Part shown: positions 9,757 to 20,166 of the stretch, piece by piece
Numbering within the stretch: position 1 is the first letter of the stretch
Layout: every line of letters begins with the position of its first letter
From: a virus
Direction: 5' to 3' (one strand)
Length of the DNA stretch: 64,000 nt
Virus record (IMG/VR): IMGVR_UViG_3300048672_000430
Location: 1-64,000 of that record
Position numbers and translations under genes: made by a program
The notes under the pieces: model-generated
Told to the model about the DNA's origin: nothing
Database searches by the model: none
What the model saw: the letters and a program-made list of their open reading frames with translations, nothing else

Positions 9757-12564
9757 TTATCTTATTCTTTGTAATACACATTTCCAAGTAATTGTTTTAG
9801 CATTTACCCCTGTAACTCTTACGTCAACGGCATTTGCGTTAACAATAAAAGTACAATTTGCAGAACCTAATCCAGCATCTTCAATAGTATAATCTGATTG
9901 AATTGTCGCTAAAGATACTGTTCCACCAACATTCTTAACTTTTACAGTTCTCTCATAAGCAACCGAACTGAATGTGTCATCAATCCCTGTTACGAAAACT
10001 TTAATTAACTCAACAGAGTTATTAGCCGGAGTAATAGAAGATACAACAGCATTTACAGAACCTGAAGTAGAAGTTGAAGTACCTCTTAACCCGAAGTTTA
10101 CGTTATTTTCAATTACGTCGATAACACTTACTGGAGAAACCGTACCAACACCTAATCTTGAATTGGCTTCATCGATTGCGGCAGCCGAACCAAAAAGAAT
10201 TTTACCTTTAGTGGCATTTGCTGTAGAGTTGATTGTTAAGTTACCAGAAGCAGCGGTGTCACCTTTTAATACTTGACCGCCAGATCTACCGGCTAATAAA
10301 GCATATTGAGAGTGATCGTCGTCTGATAATCCTGAAATAGATCCGTGATCTAAACCAGACTGAATTACATCAGCAGTAATTGTATTTGAACCATCGTTAT
10401 AAGTGAAGTCAATTGTTGCCGAATCCACTAAAGCACCAGCAACTGCATCTTGAGCAGCTTCTACGAAATCTGTAATATCAGTAGAAACGTGAGTGTGTGA
10501 AGTAGCGGCTTTACCATCAATTTGTGTTTTTAAGCTTTGTAAAACAGTTTGAACTTCTGTTCCAGTTACACCAGAAATAGCAGTTACACCAATATCACCA
10601 GCAGCTAAAACTACTGCACCTGTAAACCCATTTACTGAAGTTACAGAAGAAGATGCAATTTCAATGTATGTAGAACCAGACCATCTATATGTTCTATTAG
10701 TATCTAAAGCAACATAGATTTTACCTGTTTCCCCTGTACCTGGAAATGAAGCTAAGTTTGCAAATTCTAAAACATCATCAACATAAGAAGGTAATTGAGC
10801 TGCTGGAACTTTACCTGTAGCATCTAAAGACGCATAACCGTTAGCCGCACCTTTTTCCGAAGTAGACTGTTTTAAAGCTAAAGCATTAAATACAGCATCT
10901 TGTGAAGGAGCTGAAGTTGTTGCACCAGAGTTAATTCCGTTTACAACTTTTGCATCAGTGTAGGCTTTTGTTGAAGCATCTTGAGCAGAAACTGGATCTA
11001 ATAAGTTAGAAGCATTTCTACCTGTAAGGTTGTAAGCATTTCCTGTTCTCATTAAAGAGTATAGGTTTGCCCAAGTTTCAGGACTTGAATTTGTTAGGAT
11101 GTAATCAACTTGGTGTCCACCAGGAATTGTACCGATTGTTGTAGCACCATCTGTTTTTAATACAGTGATAGTAGCAGCAGATTGGTTATAGATAGTTATT
11201 TTTTCACCAAGAACTAAAGCAGCTAAAGATGGAGCAATAACAACGCTAGTTGCTGTAGACCCAAGAGTAAAAGTAATTTTTCTAGCTGTTGGAGTTTTTA
11301 CTGAACCATCTGGTACGTAAGATACGTATCCACCAGAAGCATCAACATACTGTTTATTTGCTGCATCAGATAATGCTGATGGATCAGATAAATTTGTAAT
11401 GTTATGTGAGTTAAGATCCAAGTTACCTGTCATTGCAACAGAACCGTCTTTCTTAACTACAGCACTATCTAATGCTCTAGTATCAATGTCAGATTGTAAT
11501 TCATTTAATGCACTCTGAACATCAGTAGCGGCTAAGTTACCTGAAGGTATAGAAGAGATTGCTGAAGCATCGTGAGCATCAGTAGCATCTGTTAAGTGGT
11601 CAGATAAAGATGAAGCATCTGCCTTTAAAGCAAGAGCATCAAATACTGCGTTTTGTGAAGGAGCTACATCTGTAACACCGTCTGCAATAGTATCGCCTAC
11701 TGCCGCTGCTTTTGCTCTAGAATCAGTAAAGTATTTATTTGCTGTACCTTCTGAAATATGATCAGTAGTTAATGTAACTGTTCCAGTTTGTCCGTTTACA
11801 GACATTACTTCATTTGAATTAATTGACTTGTGGTATTTTCCATCAGCAGCATACACAGCCCAATCACCAATAGCAAACGTAATAGATCCGTTACCAAAGT
11901 TATGTGATCCAGCAGCCGAAGCTTCATAAACATCCCCAGGGTTACCTGTTCCATCAGTTAATGTAGTAGTCGAAGGATCGAAAAATCCTTGAAGTTCCAT
12001 TACAGAGTTAGGAAGTTGAGATACTGGAACTTTACCACCAGCATCTAAAGTTGCCACACCATTGTTAGCTCCTTTTTCAGAAGAGTCTATTTTTGCATTC
12101 AATTGTGTTTGAATTGAACTTGTTGCATCTAAATAACCTAAAGTTGTAGTAGATACTGAAGAAGCAGATATTACACCTGATGCGTCAGAAACTAAAACCT
12201 TATTAATTGACAATGCAGCTAGCTTAGATAACGCAATTCCTGCTGCCGCAGCAATATGCGAATCCGTAACACTTAGAGCCTTTAAAGCAGCTACTAATGT
12301 TCCTGCTGGATCATCATAAGTAAAATCAATCGTATCCGTGTCGCCTACAGCAGCACCTACAATATCCATTACTTGTTCTGGATCTACAGATGATAATGCC
12401 CAATCGGTATCTCCTGTGTTCCCTTTTTGATAAATACCAACTGAACCAGCAACAATTGCTAAGTCCCCGATATTACCTGAATATCCACCACCAGTTGTTG
12501 GTGCGGAATCTAAAACAACGATCCTTTGATCCCCGATCGTGATTTGGTCTAAAATTACAGCCAT
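9757..12564 (-). CDS. Tail fibre protein
   Basis: 935 aa; GVATLDAGGKVP, LPSYVDDVLEF...GETGKIYVA, DAANKQYVD and SVNG repeats. Confidence 0.75.
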   Translation of the reverse strand: MAVILDQITIGDQRIVVLDSAPTTGGGYSGNIGDLAIVAGSVGIYQKGNTGDTDWALSSVDPEQVMDIVGAAVGDTDTIDFTYDDPAGTLVAALKALSVTDSHIAAAAGIALSKLAALSINKVLVSDASGVISASSVSTTTLGYLDATSSIQTQLNAKIDSSEKGANNGVATLDAGGKVPVSQLPNSVMELQGFFDPSTTTLTDGTGNPGDVYEASAAGSHNFGNGSITFAIGDWAVYAADGKYHKSINSNEVMSVNGQTGTVTLTTDHISEGTANKYFTDSRAKAAAVGDTIADGVTDVAPSQNAVFDALALKADASSLSDHLTDATDAHDASAISSIPSGNLAATDVQSALNELQSDIDTRALDSAVVKKDGSVAMTGNLDLNSHNITNLSDPSALSDAANKQYVDASGGYVSYVPDGSVKTPTARKITFTLGSTATSVVIAPSLAALVLGEKITIYNQSAATITVLKTDGATTIGTIPGGHQVDYILTNSSPETWANLYSLMRTGNAYNLTGRNASNLLDPVSAQDASTKAYTDAKVVNGINSGATTSAPSQDAVFNALALKQSTSEKGAANGYASLDATGKVPAAQLPSYVDDVLEFANLASFPGTGETGKIYVALDTNRTYRWSGSTYIEIASSSVTSVNGFTGAVVLAAGDIGVTAISGVTGTEVQTVLQSLKTQIDGKAATSHTHVSTDITDFVEAAQDAVAGALVDSATIDFTYNDGSNTITADVIQSGLDHGSISGLSDDDHSQYALLAGRSGGQVLKGDTAASGNLTINSTANATKGKILFGSAAAIDEANSRLGVGTVSPVSVIDVIENNVNFGLRGTSTSTSGSVNAVVSSITPANNSVELIKVFVTGIDDTFSSVAYERTVKVKNVGGTVSLATIQSDYTIEDAGLGSANCTFIVNANAVDVRVTGVNAKTITWKCVLQRIR

Positions 12565-12578
12565 ACTATCTCCCCTTA

Positions 12579-13310
12579 TTAGATATTTACGCTAGTTATT
12601 AGGTTCAATATCCATCTTATATCATTATTATTAACGCCACGTACCTTTAATTCCACTACTGGCCCTGTAACCAGAAAAGACACGTTCATTTGTGGATTAT
12701 CTCTACTTGTATAGTCAGATTGTAAATCATGTATAGTTACAACCCCTCCAATACTCTTTACTCTAAAACTTCTTTTAAAAGTCGCACCATCACCTGCTGT
12801 TCCGGCAGTCCCACCAACCCTTCTTGCTACAAACTTTGCTTCCATTAAAGTACTTGTTTCTGTAGCACAATTTACTGATAAAATTGTAGTGGCTATGTTG
12901 TTAGTTGTTAATACTGAACCCTCATAGGTCTTATTTTGGGCATCTTCAATCTTTGTTGGTGAGATTTTATTAACTTGCGTATCTGTTATAGAATTTGGAA
13001 CAATTTCTGCTGATATTTGTTTAGGCCCACTATTATACGTCATATCTATAGTAGGACTGTCGATCATCATAGCACCGACGGTATCTTTTATCCCAGCAAT
13101 ATTTGAACCTTCGGCTAGTAATTGCCAATATACTGTATTTGTTGGAAGATTACCTAATGTCGGAGCCATAGCAACATAACTAGACGGCCCAAATGAAACT
13201 GAATCACCAAGATTGTATTGAACTATAGAACTATATACACCTCTAGGTACGATACTAACAGTAATCTGAACTGGCGTGCCTAATAATTTTACTAATTTAA
13301 AATCAGACAT
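12579..13310 (-). CDS. Virion fibre-related protein
   Basis: PRGVYSS..QYNLGDSV...YWQLL small module; C-terminus resembles that of 9757-12564. Confidence 0.55.
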   Translation of the reverse strand: MSDFKLVKLLGTPVQITVSIVPRGVYSSIVQYNLGDSVSFGPSSYVAMAPTLGNLPTNTVYWQLLAEGSNIAGIKDTVGAMMIDSPTIDMTYNSGPKQISAEIVPNSITDTQVNKISPTKIEDAQNKTYEGSVLTTNNIATTILSVNCATETSTLMEAKFVARRVGGTAGTAGDGATFKRSFRVKSIGGVVTIHDLQSDYTSRDNPQMNVSFLVTGPVVELKVRGVNNNDIRWILNLITSVNI

Positions 13311-13701
13311 ATGTTAAACTCGCTCTATCATCCCAAATTTGGTTATAATCTGTTGACGCATTTGTGATAGAAACGTCAGTGTCGCTTATTACTATCTTTT
13401 GTATTTTCCATTTTGCTTCAGTATCTAATGCTCCAAAAATCCCGTAAGCCAAATAACAAAGAGTTGGAGATACTTGTTCAAATCGTAAAGATTTAGGAAC
13501 TTCTTCTGCAACGTTTACACTACCATCAGCATTTATAGCTAAAGGATCGCCATTCTCATCAACTATTCTGACTGTATCCCCAGTAGGGCCTTCTCCGTTT
13601 AAAAAAACGGTGGCATCTACACGCAGAGTTCCTCTTTCTTCGTCATGGACGTTCTGAAGAACCTGTCGTTGATCTAATTTACTTGGATCAGGAGCCGTCA
13701 T
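13303..13701 (-). CDS. Virion structural protein (hypothetical)
   Basis: AKWKIQKI...WDDRASLTYV C-terminal pattern; overlaps next gene. Confidence 0.5.
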   Translation of the reverse strand: MTAPDPSKLDQRQVLQNVHDEERGTLRVDATVFLNGEGPTGDTVRIVDENGDPLAINADGSVNVAEEVPKSLRFEQVSPTLCYLAYGIFGALDTEAKWKIQKIVISDTDVSITNASTDYNQIWDDRASLTYV

Positions 13702-13709
13702 ATAACCTC

Positions 13710-14411
13710 TTATTTATCAAACTTATTCAATAACTTTGGAAACTTACCCTTGATGCCTTCTTGTGAAACTCTTTTAAGTTCTTCATAAGTAGCTCTTTCG
13801 TTTCTAGGAGTTTGATCAACACCTTCTTGAACAAAAGGTTCTAACCCTGTAACGTCATCGTTTCCTTTTCCTAAACCCTCCGAACGTAAAGCCATTTTTA
13901 ATTGGTTTACAACGGGTACATAATCAGTTGCTAAATCTGCGGTATCAACTGCTGCTTCTTTTATTTCACCAGCATTTGCCTTATTTAATATTCCCATAGC
14001 AGTTAGAGCTGTTGCACCTAAACCTAGCATTGGTAATATCCCACGAGACATACCTTTACTGTTTTTAAGTATTCCTGACTCTTCATTAACTATCTTAGCT
14101 GCATCGTCAACTAAATCTCCTCCACCCATTTTATTATCTAAATTGAAGAACTTAGATTTATTTCTTATTTCTGGTTTAATACCTATAGTATCAGTTGGAG
14201 TTGTTTTTAAAGTATCTTCTAAGTTTGTAAGTTTTCCTTCTTGTCTTAAACTATCCATAGCTTCAGATAATGTAGGTGCTCTATTTTTTGGAGGATTTAA
14301 TGGTGTTCCTTTAATGTTCATAGTTCTGCCTTCTTCGGCATTCTTTGCAACATTAGCTAAACGTTTTTTTTCTAAAAGTGCATAAGCCTTTTCTAAGTTT
14401 TTATCACTCAT
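13710..14411 (-). CDS. Putative internal virion protein
   Basis: Helical, Gly/Ala-rich hydrophobic segment; C-terminal half paralogous to 14411-15247. Confidence 0.4.
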   Translation of the reverse strand: MSDKNLEKAYALLEKKRLANVAKNAEEGRTMNIKGTPLNPPKNRAPTLSEAMDSLRQEGKLTNLEDTLKTTPTDTIGIKPEIRNKSKFFNLDNKMGGGDLVDDAAKIVNEESGILKNSKGMSRGILPMLGLGATALTAMGILNKANAGEIKEAAVDTADLATDYVPVVNQLKMALRSEGLGKGNDDVTGLEPFVQEGVDQTPRNERATYEELKRVSQEGIKGKFPKLLNKFDK

Positions 14412-15247
14412 TATTGATCCTTTAACATATTACGAAGTTTTTCAAAAGTTCTTATTTGTTTATCATTTTTTATATCAGCATCTGCTCTATCTAATAGCTC
14501 TTGTTCTCCCTCATTTAAATTACTAGAGTCAAGACCAATAGGTGTAGCCATATCAATTGCTAATTTTGCAGAATCTTTTGTTGCACCTTTTGTATCTCCA
14601 GCATAAGCTTTTTCACCTATACCAAAAGCAGCCGCACCAAGGGCTATAGGTGCTAACATTTTTAATGGTTCACCCTTTACCATTCTTTTTAAATTAAGAA
14701 ATTGTTTTAATTGAGACGAACCAAATTCTGGATCTGGTTTAAAGTGATCTTTATAATATGCAGCAGCACCTTTCAATCCTTTAAGGTCTTCAAACTTTTC
14801 AACACTAGGTAATTCTTCTTTAATTTTACTTAATAGGTTCTTTCCTGTATATTCATACGGTTGATTTACTTTAGGTTGAGACATTTGATCATAATGATGT
14901 TGAAATTCATGACCTAAAGTTGCAAGATCACCTTTATCACGTAAAAGTATTTTATTATTTCCTTCTGGTACAAATAATCCTGTCTTAGCGTCAACTTGGT
15001 AATTATATCTACCAATATCTTTTAAATTTGGCTGATGCTTAACTGAAACATTATTAAATAATTCAGGATTTTCATATAAATCCCGAATATCTTTATTTTC
15101 TGAGTAAATACTCGAAGCTTCTTCCAAACCATCACGAATACTTGCTGGATTATACGATTTAAATAGTTCTTCAACTGGTGCATCGTTTTTTATATCATCA
15201 ATTAGACGATTATAGAATTTTTTGTTTAAATTCTTAAATTCAGCCAT
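14411..15247 (-). CDS. Putative internal virion protein with HExxH motif
   Basis: LGHEFQHH zincin-like motif; C-terminal domain shared with 13710-14411. Confidence 0.45.
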   Translation of the reverse strand: MAEFKNLNKKFYNRLIDDIKNDAPVEELFKSYNPASIRDGLEEASSIYSENKDIRDLYENPELFNNVSVKHQPNLKDIGRYNYQVDAKTGLFVPEGNNKILLRDKGDLATLGHEFQHHYDQMSQPKVNQPYEYTGKNLLSKIKEELPSVEKFEDLKGLKGAAAYYKDHFKPDPEFGSSQLKQFLNLKRMVKGEPLKMLAPIALGAAAFGIGEKAYAGDTKGATKDSAKLAIDMATPIGLDSSNLNEGEQELLDRADADIKNDKQIRTFEKLRNMLKDQ

Positions 15248-15250
15248 ATA

Positions 15251-15835
15251 TTATTGATCCTTTAGTATATCTAGTATGTCGTTACTTACTTCTTTGTCGT
15301 TTACTGAGTTAGGAGACCTATTTTTCTCCTTTCTAGCCAATAAACGTCTAACTTCCTTAAATTTATCTACGGATTCAGGTGTTTTTGGTGCATTTAAGGC
15401 ATTTAAACCACCTGTTATACCATTCTTGTGCATAAGGTAAATATTCTCTAAATTAGGGTCAAAAGGCCCATTTTTTGCGTTTTCTAGCACATTTTCGTAC
15501 TTATTTACAAGTGCCTTCATTAAAATCGCTTCTTTACGCAGCGGATTAGCCTCATTTTGACTTAAACCTTGCTGTTTTGCTAGTTCTTCTGCTGTTTTTC
15601 TTGTAGAATCAATGAGTTGATACTGTCCAGAAGCACTAGAATGAGGGTTTTTTAGGTTAATACCACCTGTTGTCTCAGCATAATGTATCTTTTCGATGTC
15701 TTCTGGGGTCAATTTCTTTGTATATTCAGCTACTTCCTTATTCATATCTCTATGATCATAAGGATCTGTAACATATTCCGATCTTTCTTTCGGAAGTTCG
15801 CTAATTCTTGCTATTAAGTCTAGAAATTTATCCAT
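15251..15835 (-). CDS. Lytic transglycosylase-like (lysozyme-fold) virion protein
   Basis: IHYAETTGG..KNPHSSASGQYQLIDST and IYLMHKNG match SLT-type motifs. Confidence 0.65.
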   Translation of the reverse strand: MDKFLDLIARISELPKERSEYVTDPYDHRDMNKEVAEYTKKLTPEDIEKIHYAETTGGINLKNPHSSASGQYQLIDSTRKTAEELAKQQGLSQNEANPLRKEAILMKALVNKYENVLENAKNGPFDPNLENIYLMHKNGITGGLNALNAPKTPESVDKFKEVRRLLARKEKNRSPNSVNDKEVSNDILDILKDQ

Positions 15836-17885
15836 TATTTGCCCTCGGATCTAAACTAGGGTTAGGTAATAGTGAAGGATCTACATTAGGTTGTGAAGGA
15901 AGTGCATTTTCTGGTGTTTGTTGTCCACCTAACATCTGTGCATTCATTAATTCGTCCACATTATTACCAGCGGTAGCACTTTGAGGCCCCATATTAGCAC
16001 CTTGTTGTGGATTCATTGGCCCTGGAGGTAAATTCGGAGCCCCAGCATTCTGTTGAGGGTTCAAAGGTTGCTCTTTAATCAACATTAATAAGTCTGGATT
16101 AACATTTCTTAACATATCAATATGTTCTTGTATGTGTGCTCTAACTTTTGCTGTTAATTCTGGGTTATCTCTTAGGTCTGGATCACTAATTACTGATCTA
16201 TGTTCTTGAATATGTAGAGAATGTCTGTCTAAAATGTCAGCCATTACCTCTTTACCTTCAAGTAACTTCTCATTTTCTCGTTTAATTAAGAAAATATCTT
16301 GCATATCTGCTTCATATAATGTTTCAACACTACCAGTTTCTAATACCATGAAGTATTGTTCTGGAGTTTTAATAATTTTCATATTAGCTAAGTTGTTTGC
16401 GATCTCTACTTTACCAGCAATTGTCTTAGCCAGAGGGTTACCAACGTTAACTGTTACTCTTCTAACATCAGAAATCATCTCACCTGTAAACTCTTTCATT
16501 AAAGATCTCTTATTTTTACCAACAATTGAGATCAATTTAGGAGTATTTGCGTAGTCTTTTAGTATTTCTATTAAAGTAGACCCGACATCTTCTAAGAATT
16601 TAACATAATTTCGTTGAAATGTGTTTTGAAATTGAAGAGACATTGACTGAACTAAGGCTAATGAGTTACCAGATCGTAATGAGGCTTCAGGATTACCTCT
16701 AGTTACTGAGTTAATACCAGATTGTGTTTCACCTAATTGCTCTAACATTTGAGCAAATTTAAATGTTTCTGGTGAAGTAGCTGTTAATTGTAATGGTTCT
16801 GGTTTTTTATTACCTTCAACTACGTTTAATCCACCAGGTAATGCCTGATGCACTAAGTCTGAACCTCTTTCTACGAATAAGTTTTGTACACCAAACGCAT
16901 TTTGATTGGTTAATATAGTAGAATATGTAGAGTTTAATGCTTCTTGTATAGGATAAACGTCAAACATATTAGAGTAACCGTAAGGTGTGCCCATAATATT
17001 TGCTGGAGATAGTCTAAATAGAGGAATACTTCTATAAGGAAGAGGTACATCCAATAGAACTACATCAGCAGCAACGAATAACATGTATCTACCTTCAGGC
17101 ATTGCTTCTGTTTTTTTATGATAAAACTTAAATACAGGAATATCATCTGTATCGTCATTAGAAAATGTTTGTAATTTAAAGCTATATATCTCATTTTTTG
17201 TAGGTAATGACATTATACGTTCTTTAAATTCAGGATATTTAGCAGCAAGGTTATATCTATTTTGAAAACTACGTACTAAAGCCCATTCCTGTGAGTAAAA
17301 GTTTTCTTTTGTCCCATCAACTACTACACTTAAAGGGTCATATAGAGTAAATTCCATCTCACCTTCGTAAGAATGTTCTCCAGTTTCTGGGTCAAAGTCT
17401 TTTGCTTCTCCAGCGGTTGCATTCCACTCCATATCAATAAATGAAGCACCCATTACTGTTGCCATTTCTACGGCATCATATATAATAGTTTCTAAGTTTT
17501 TTTCTCTCATATAATAATCTAACACACCATTTGCCAGATATGTTTGAGATAAAGATCTATAATCAGTGTTAATTGACTTTGCTTCAAAAACCGGTCTGTT
17601 TGCTGTAATAATTTGGACAATATGTTGAGCTAAATTTCTAAACATATTAATAGGAATAGATACTAATTCACCTTCTTCACCTGTAAAACTTATCGTATGG
17701 TTTTCTTGGGTTCCCTTATTAAAGTTACCATAGTAAAACTTATACATGTTAGCAAGTTTTGTAACGTATGAATTAGATTTAATTTGACTGTAAAAAGTTC
17801 TAGCTTTATCTAAAGCTGCCGCTGCTGCTCTTTCCGAGTCTCTAGCTGCGAAATACGTTTCACGATCATTTACATTACTTTCCAC
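15828..17885 (-). CDS. Portal protein
   Basis: 685 aa near terminase; PYGYSNMFDVYPIQEALN, SGINSVTRG, Q/P-rich tail as in P22-like portals. Confidence 0.8.
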   Translation of the reverse strand: MESNVNDRETYFAARDSERAAAAALDKARTFYSQIKSNSYVTKLANMYKFYYGNFNKGTQENHTISFTGEEGELVSIPINMFRNLAQHIVQIITANRPVFEAKSINTDYRSLSQTYLANGVLDYYMREKNLETIIYDAVEMATVMGASFIDMEWNATAGEAKDFDPETGEHSYEGEMEFTLYDPLSVVVDGTKENFYSQEWALVRSFQNRYNLAAKYPEFKERIMSLPTKNEIYSFKLQTFSNDDTDDIPVFKFYHKKTEAMPEGRYMLFVAADVVLLDVPLPYRSIPLFRLSPANIMGTPYGYSNMFDVYPIQEALNSTYSTILTNQNAFGVQNLFVERGSDLVHQALPGGLNVVEGNKKPEPLQLTATSPETFKFAQMLEQLGETQSGINSVTRGNPEASLRSGNSLALVQSMSLQFQNTFQRNYVKFLEDVGSTLIEILKDYANTPKLISIVGKNKRSLMKEFTGEMISDVRRVTVNVGNPLAKTIAGKVEIANNLANMKIIKTPEQYFMVLETGSVETLYEADMQDIFLIKRENEKLLEGKEVMADILDRHSLHIQEHRSVISDPDLRDNPELTAKVRAHIQEHIDMLRNVNPDLLMLIKEQPLNPQQNAGAPNLPPGPMNPQQGANMGPQSATAGNNVDELMNAQMLGGQQTPENALPSQPNVDPSLLPNPSLDPRANNG

Positions 17886-17894
17886 GTAAACCTC

Positions 17895-18635
17895 TTATTT
17901 TAAATTACTTAAAAATTCTTTTACATAAGACAAAGGAACAGCATGACCAGAGTTTTCGATTTGTGGATTTCCTGCAAAAATAACAGCAACAATATTACCA
18001 TATTTATTTACAACAGGTGATCCTGAATTTCCAGGGTAAGTTGGAGAGCTGATTTGAATTGTGTTTCTAGTTACAACACATACTTCCATTGCACCAAAAA
18101 ATGTTTGAATAGTTTGAATTGAACCTTCTGAACAAGAACCATCTTCATTTGTTTCAGCAGCTAATTGAATCTCATTATCATCAAAATATTCGCCTTTAGC
18201 AACGTTTAAAGCTTCACCTCTAGGATGTCCAAGTGTATATAGTTCTTCACCAATCTTAGGGTTTGAACCAATCTTTAAACCTTTATGATCTGGCAATGCT
18301 TCTAGAGCACAAAGATCGTGGTCTTTAGAAATTTTAATTATTTTACGTTCCACTAATAGTTTTGTGTCTTCAGCCTTTACTAAAAGAGGGCCTTTCATTT
18401 GACAGATATGTTTGTTTGTTAAGATAACAACAGAACCATCGGCTAATTCAACATGGGAACCAGAACCAGATCCATCTTGTCCAAAAATTTGAACAGTGCT
18501 TTGCTCTGCTAGATGGCGAATATAAGCTCTATGAGCATGAGGAGCCTCAAAGGAAATATAACCCAAGCCAACGGCTAAGATAGCGATTTTTATTGTCTTT
18601 TTAATTGCATTTGTAATTTTAGATTTTAGACTCAC
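17895..18635 (-). CDS. Trypsin-like (S1) serine protease with N-terminal hydrophobic segment
   Basis: Triad motifs TNKHIC, HDLC, PGNSGSPV. Confidence 0.85.
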   Translation of the reverse strand: MSLKSKITNAIKKTIKIAILAVGLGYISFEAPHAHRAYIRHLAEQSTVQIFGQDGSGSGSHVELADGSVVILTNKHICQMKGPLLVKAEDTKLLVERKIIKISKDHDLCALEALPDHKGLKIGSNPKIGEELYTLGHPRGEALNVAKGEYFDDNEIQLAAETNEDGSCSEGSIQTIQTFFGAMEVCVVTRNTIQISSPTYPGNSGSPVVNKYGNIVAVIFAGNPQIENSGHAVPLSYVKEFLSNLK

Positions 18636-18674
18636 TTTAACTCCATATGTTTATAGATAACTTATTTGCCTATA

Positions 18675-18686
18675 TATAGTTGTTAA
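18675..18686 (-). promoter_or_regulatory. Putative late promoter motif
   Basis: TTAACAACTATA, intergenic, upstream of protease/portal. Confidence 0.7.
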
Positions 18687-18702
18687 TAATGAGGATATGT
18701 GT

Positions 18703-20166
18703 TTATTTACGTTTATTTACACCAAAGATGCTTTCATAGACTGCTATCGTTGCAGTTTTAGCGTTACTAGAATACCCAAATCCACCATTATTATAAAATG
18801 TTGAATCAGAAGGTCTATTATAGTTATTGGGATAAGGATTCTTCGTATAGTTAATTGATTTAACCATATATAATAAAGCATCTACAGCATCATAATGACC
18901 GTTTCCTGGTGATCTAGCAAAGTCATCCTTTACAGAACTATCTTTCCATCTTGCGTTTTTTAAATGCTGTCTTAATACTACACACTTTGGATTAATTATT
19001 ATTTTTTCGCTTTGCAACATTACTCTAGTTTGATTAATTAAAGGTAACTTATAACCAGGAGCTTTCTTTACCGCTTGAAAGTTTAAACGCTTATTTGAAG
19101 CTCTATTGATTTCATTAATAACAATATACTCAACATCAGATACTCTGATTTCGGGCACAATTAATTCGTTAGTTAAAATGTTCATCCAGAGCTGCTCTTC
19201 TTTTTGTAGAATTTCTTCACTAAACTTATCTAGTTTTAAATCTTTACCTTCTTTAACTATTTCATCTTCTATTATAACCTTATCTTGTTTAAAATCATAA
19301 TACCCAAATAATACTACAGTTAGATCTTTAAACCCTAAATCCATAGAAACATACGGAGTATAAAAAGGAGGTTTATTATATTCTCTTACGATCTTTGCTT
19401 CTAGTTCTTCATCAAATTCTGGAATTACCGATCTGTTTTCATCTCTAATTAATTCACACAGATACTCTCTTCTAAAATTGATATTATTAACTCCACCAAC
19501 AAACTTTGATATTATGTGATTTTTCTTTTCATCAGATAATAACGGGTTGTCAAACAATGTTTTCTTCGTTAAGAAATTTTCTTGTTCAGCAACTTCAATG
19601 AACTCTATAAATTCATGATCTGCCTCTTCAGGAGGAGTAGATGCTAAAATAATCTTACCACCTGTATGTGTTGTTGTGGGAAAAAGAATAGACATAACAT
19701 TATACTTTAGATTATTACAGAAAGCGGCCTCATCTACTAAGATTAAACTAGACTTTTGTCCCCTTAACCTTTCAGCGTTATTAGCGTCTGTACCAGCCAT
19801 TTGAATCTGTGATCCATTAGGAAACTGATAAATAAATTTAGACGGGATATACTCCGGTCTAACGTCTTCAGGACAGTCTTCTAGTATCTCTCTGAACAAC
19901 GGTTCAAATATAGTTTGAACGTGTAGTTTAGTGTCTGTTAAAAGCTTTACTATTGAATTAGGATTTTGTATAGCGTGCATTAATCCGATGATAGCTAGTA
20001 AATATGATTTACCAGATTGTCTTGCAAGTAACCAAACTAAAGTTGACTGAGGTTGAGCATTTAAGTATATGTTAAACATCTCTTTTTGTACGGTGTGCAT
20101 CTTGTGGGTCAAGATACCTCTACGCCAAAGTTCATCCTCAATTTGTTTCTTACTAATAGTAGCCAT
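18703..20166 (-). CDS. terL: Terminase large subunit
   Basis: Walker A ARQSGKS, Walker B ILVDEAAF, LASTP, FRREYLCE, nuclease SMDLGFKD and HYDAVDALLY. Confidence 0.92.
   Translation of the reverse strand: MATISKKQIEDELWRRGILTHKMHTVQKEMFNIYLNAQPQSTLVWLLARQSGKSYLLAIIGLMHAIQNPNSIVKLLTDTKLHVQTIFEPLFREILEDCPEDVRPEYIPSKFIYQFPNGSQIQMAGTDANNAERLRGQKSSLILVDEAAFCNNLKYNVMSILFPTTTHTGGKIILASTPPEEADHEFIEFIEVAEQENFLTKKTLFDNPLLSDEKKNHIISKFVGGVNNINFRREYLCELIRDENRSVIPEFDEELEAKIVREYNKPPFYTPYVSMDLGFKDLTVVLFGYYDFKQDKVIIEDEIVKEGKDLKLDKFSEEILQKEEQLWMNILTNELIVPEIRVSDVEYIVINEINRASNKRLNFQAVKKAPGYKLPLINQTRVMLQSEKIIINPKCVVLRQHLKNARWKDSSVKDDFARSPGNGHYDAVDALLYMVKSINYTKNPYPNNYNRPSDSTFYNNGGFGYSSNAKTATIAVYESIFGVNKRK

Noticed and set aside
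12900-12911. Minus-strand TTAACAACTAAC inside a fibre gene
   Set aside because: Intragenic (encodes LTTN); could be real but cannot be supported from sequence alone
877-16554. Plus-strand ORFs in the structural block (877, 1414, 3524, 4949, 6533, 9974, 14143, 16234)
   Set aside because: Antisense shadows of longer minus-strand genes
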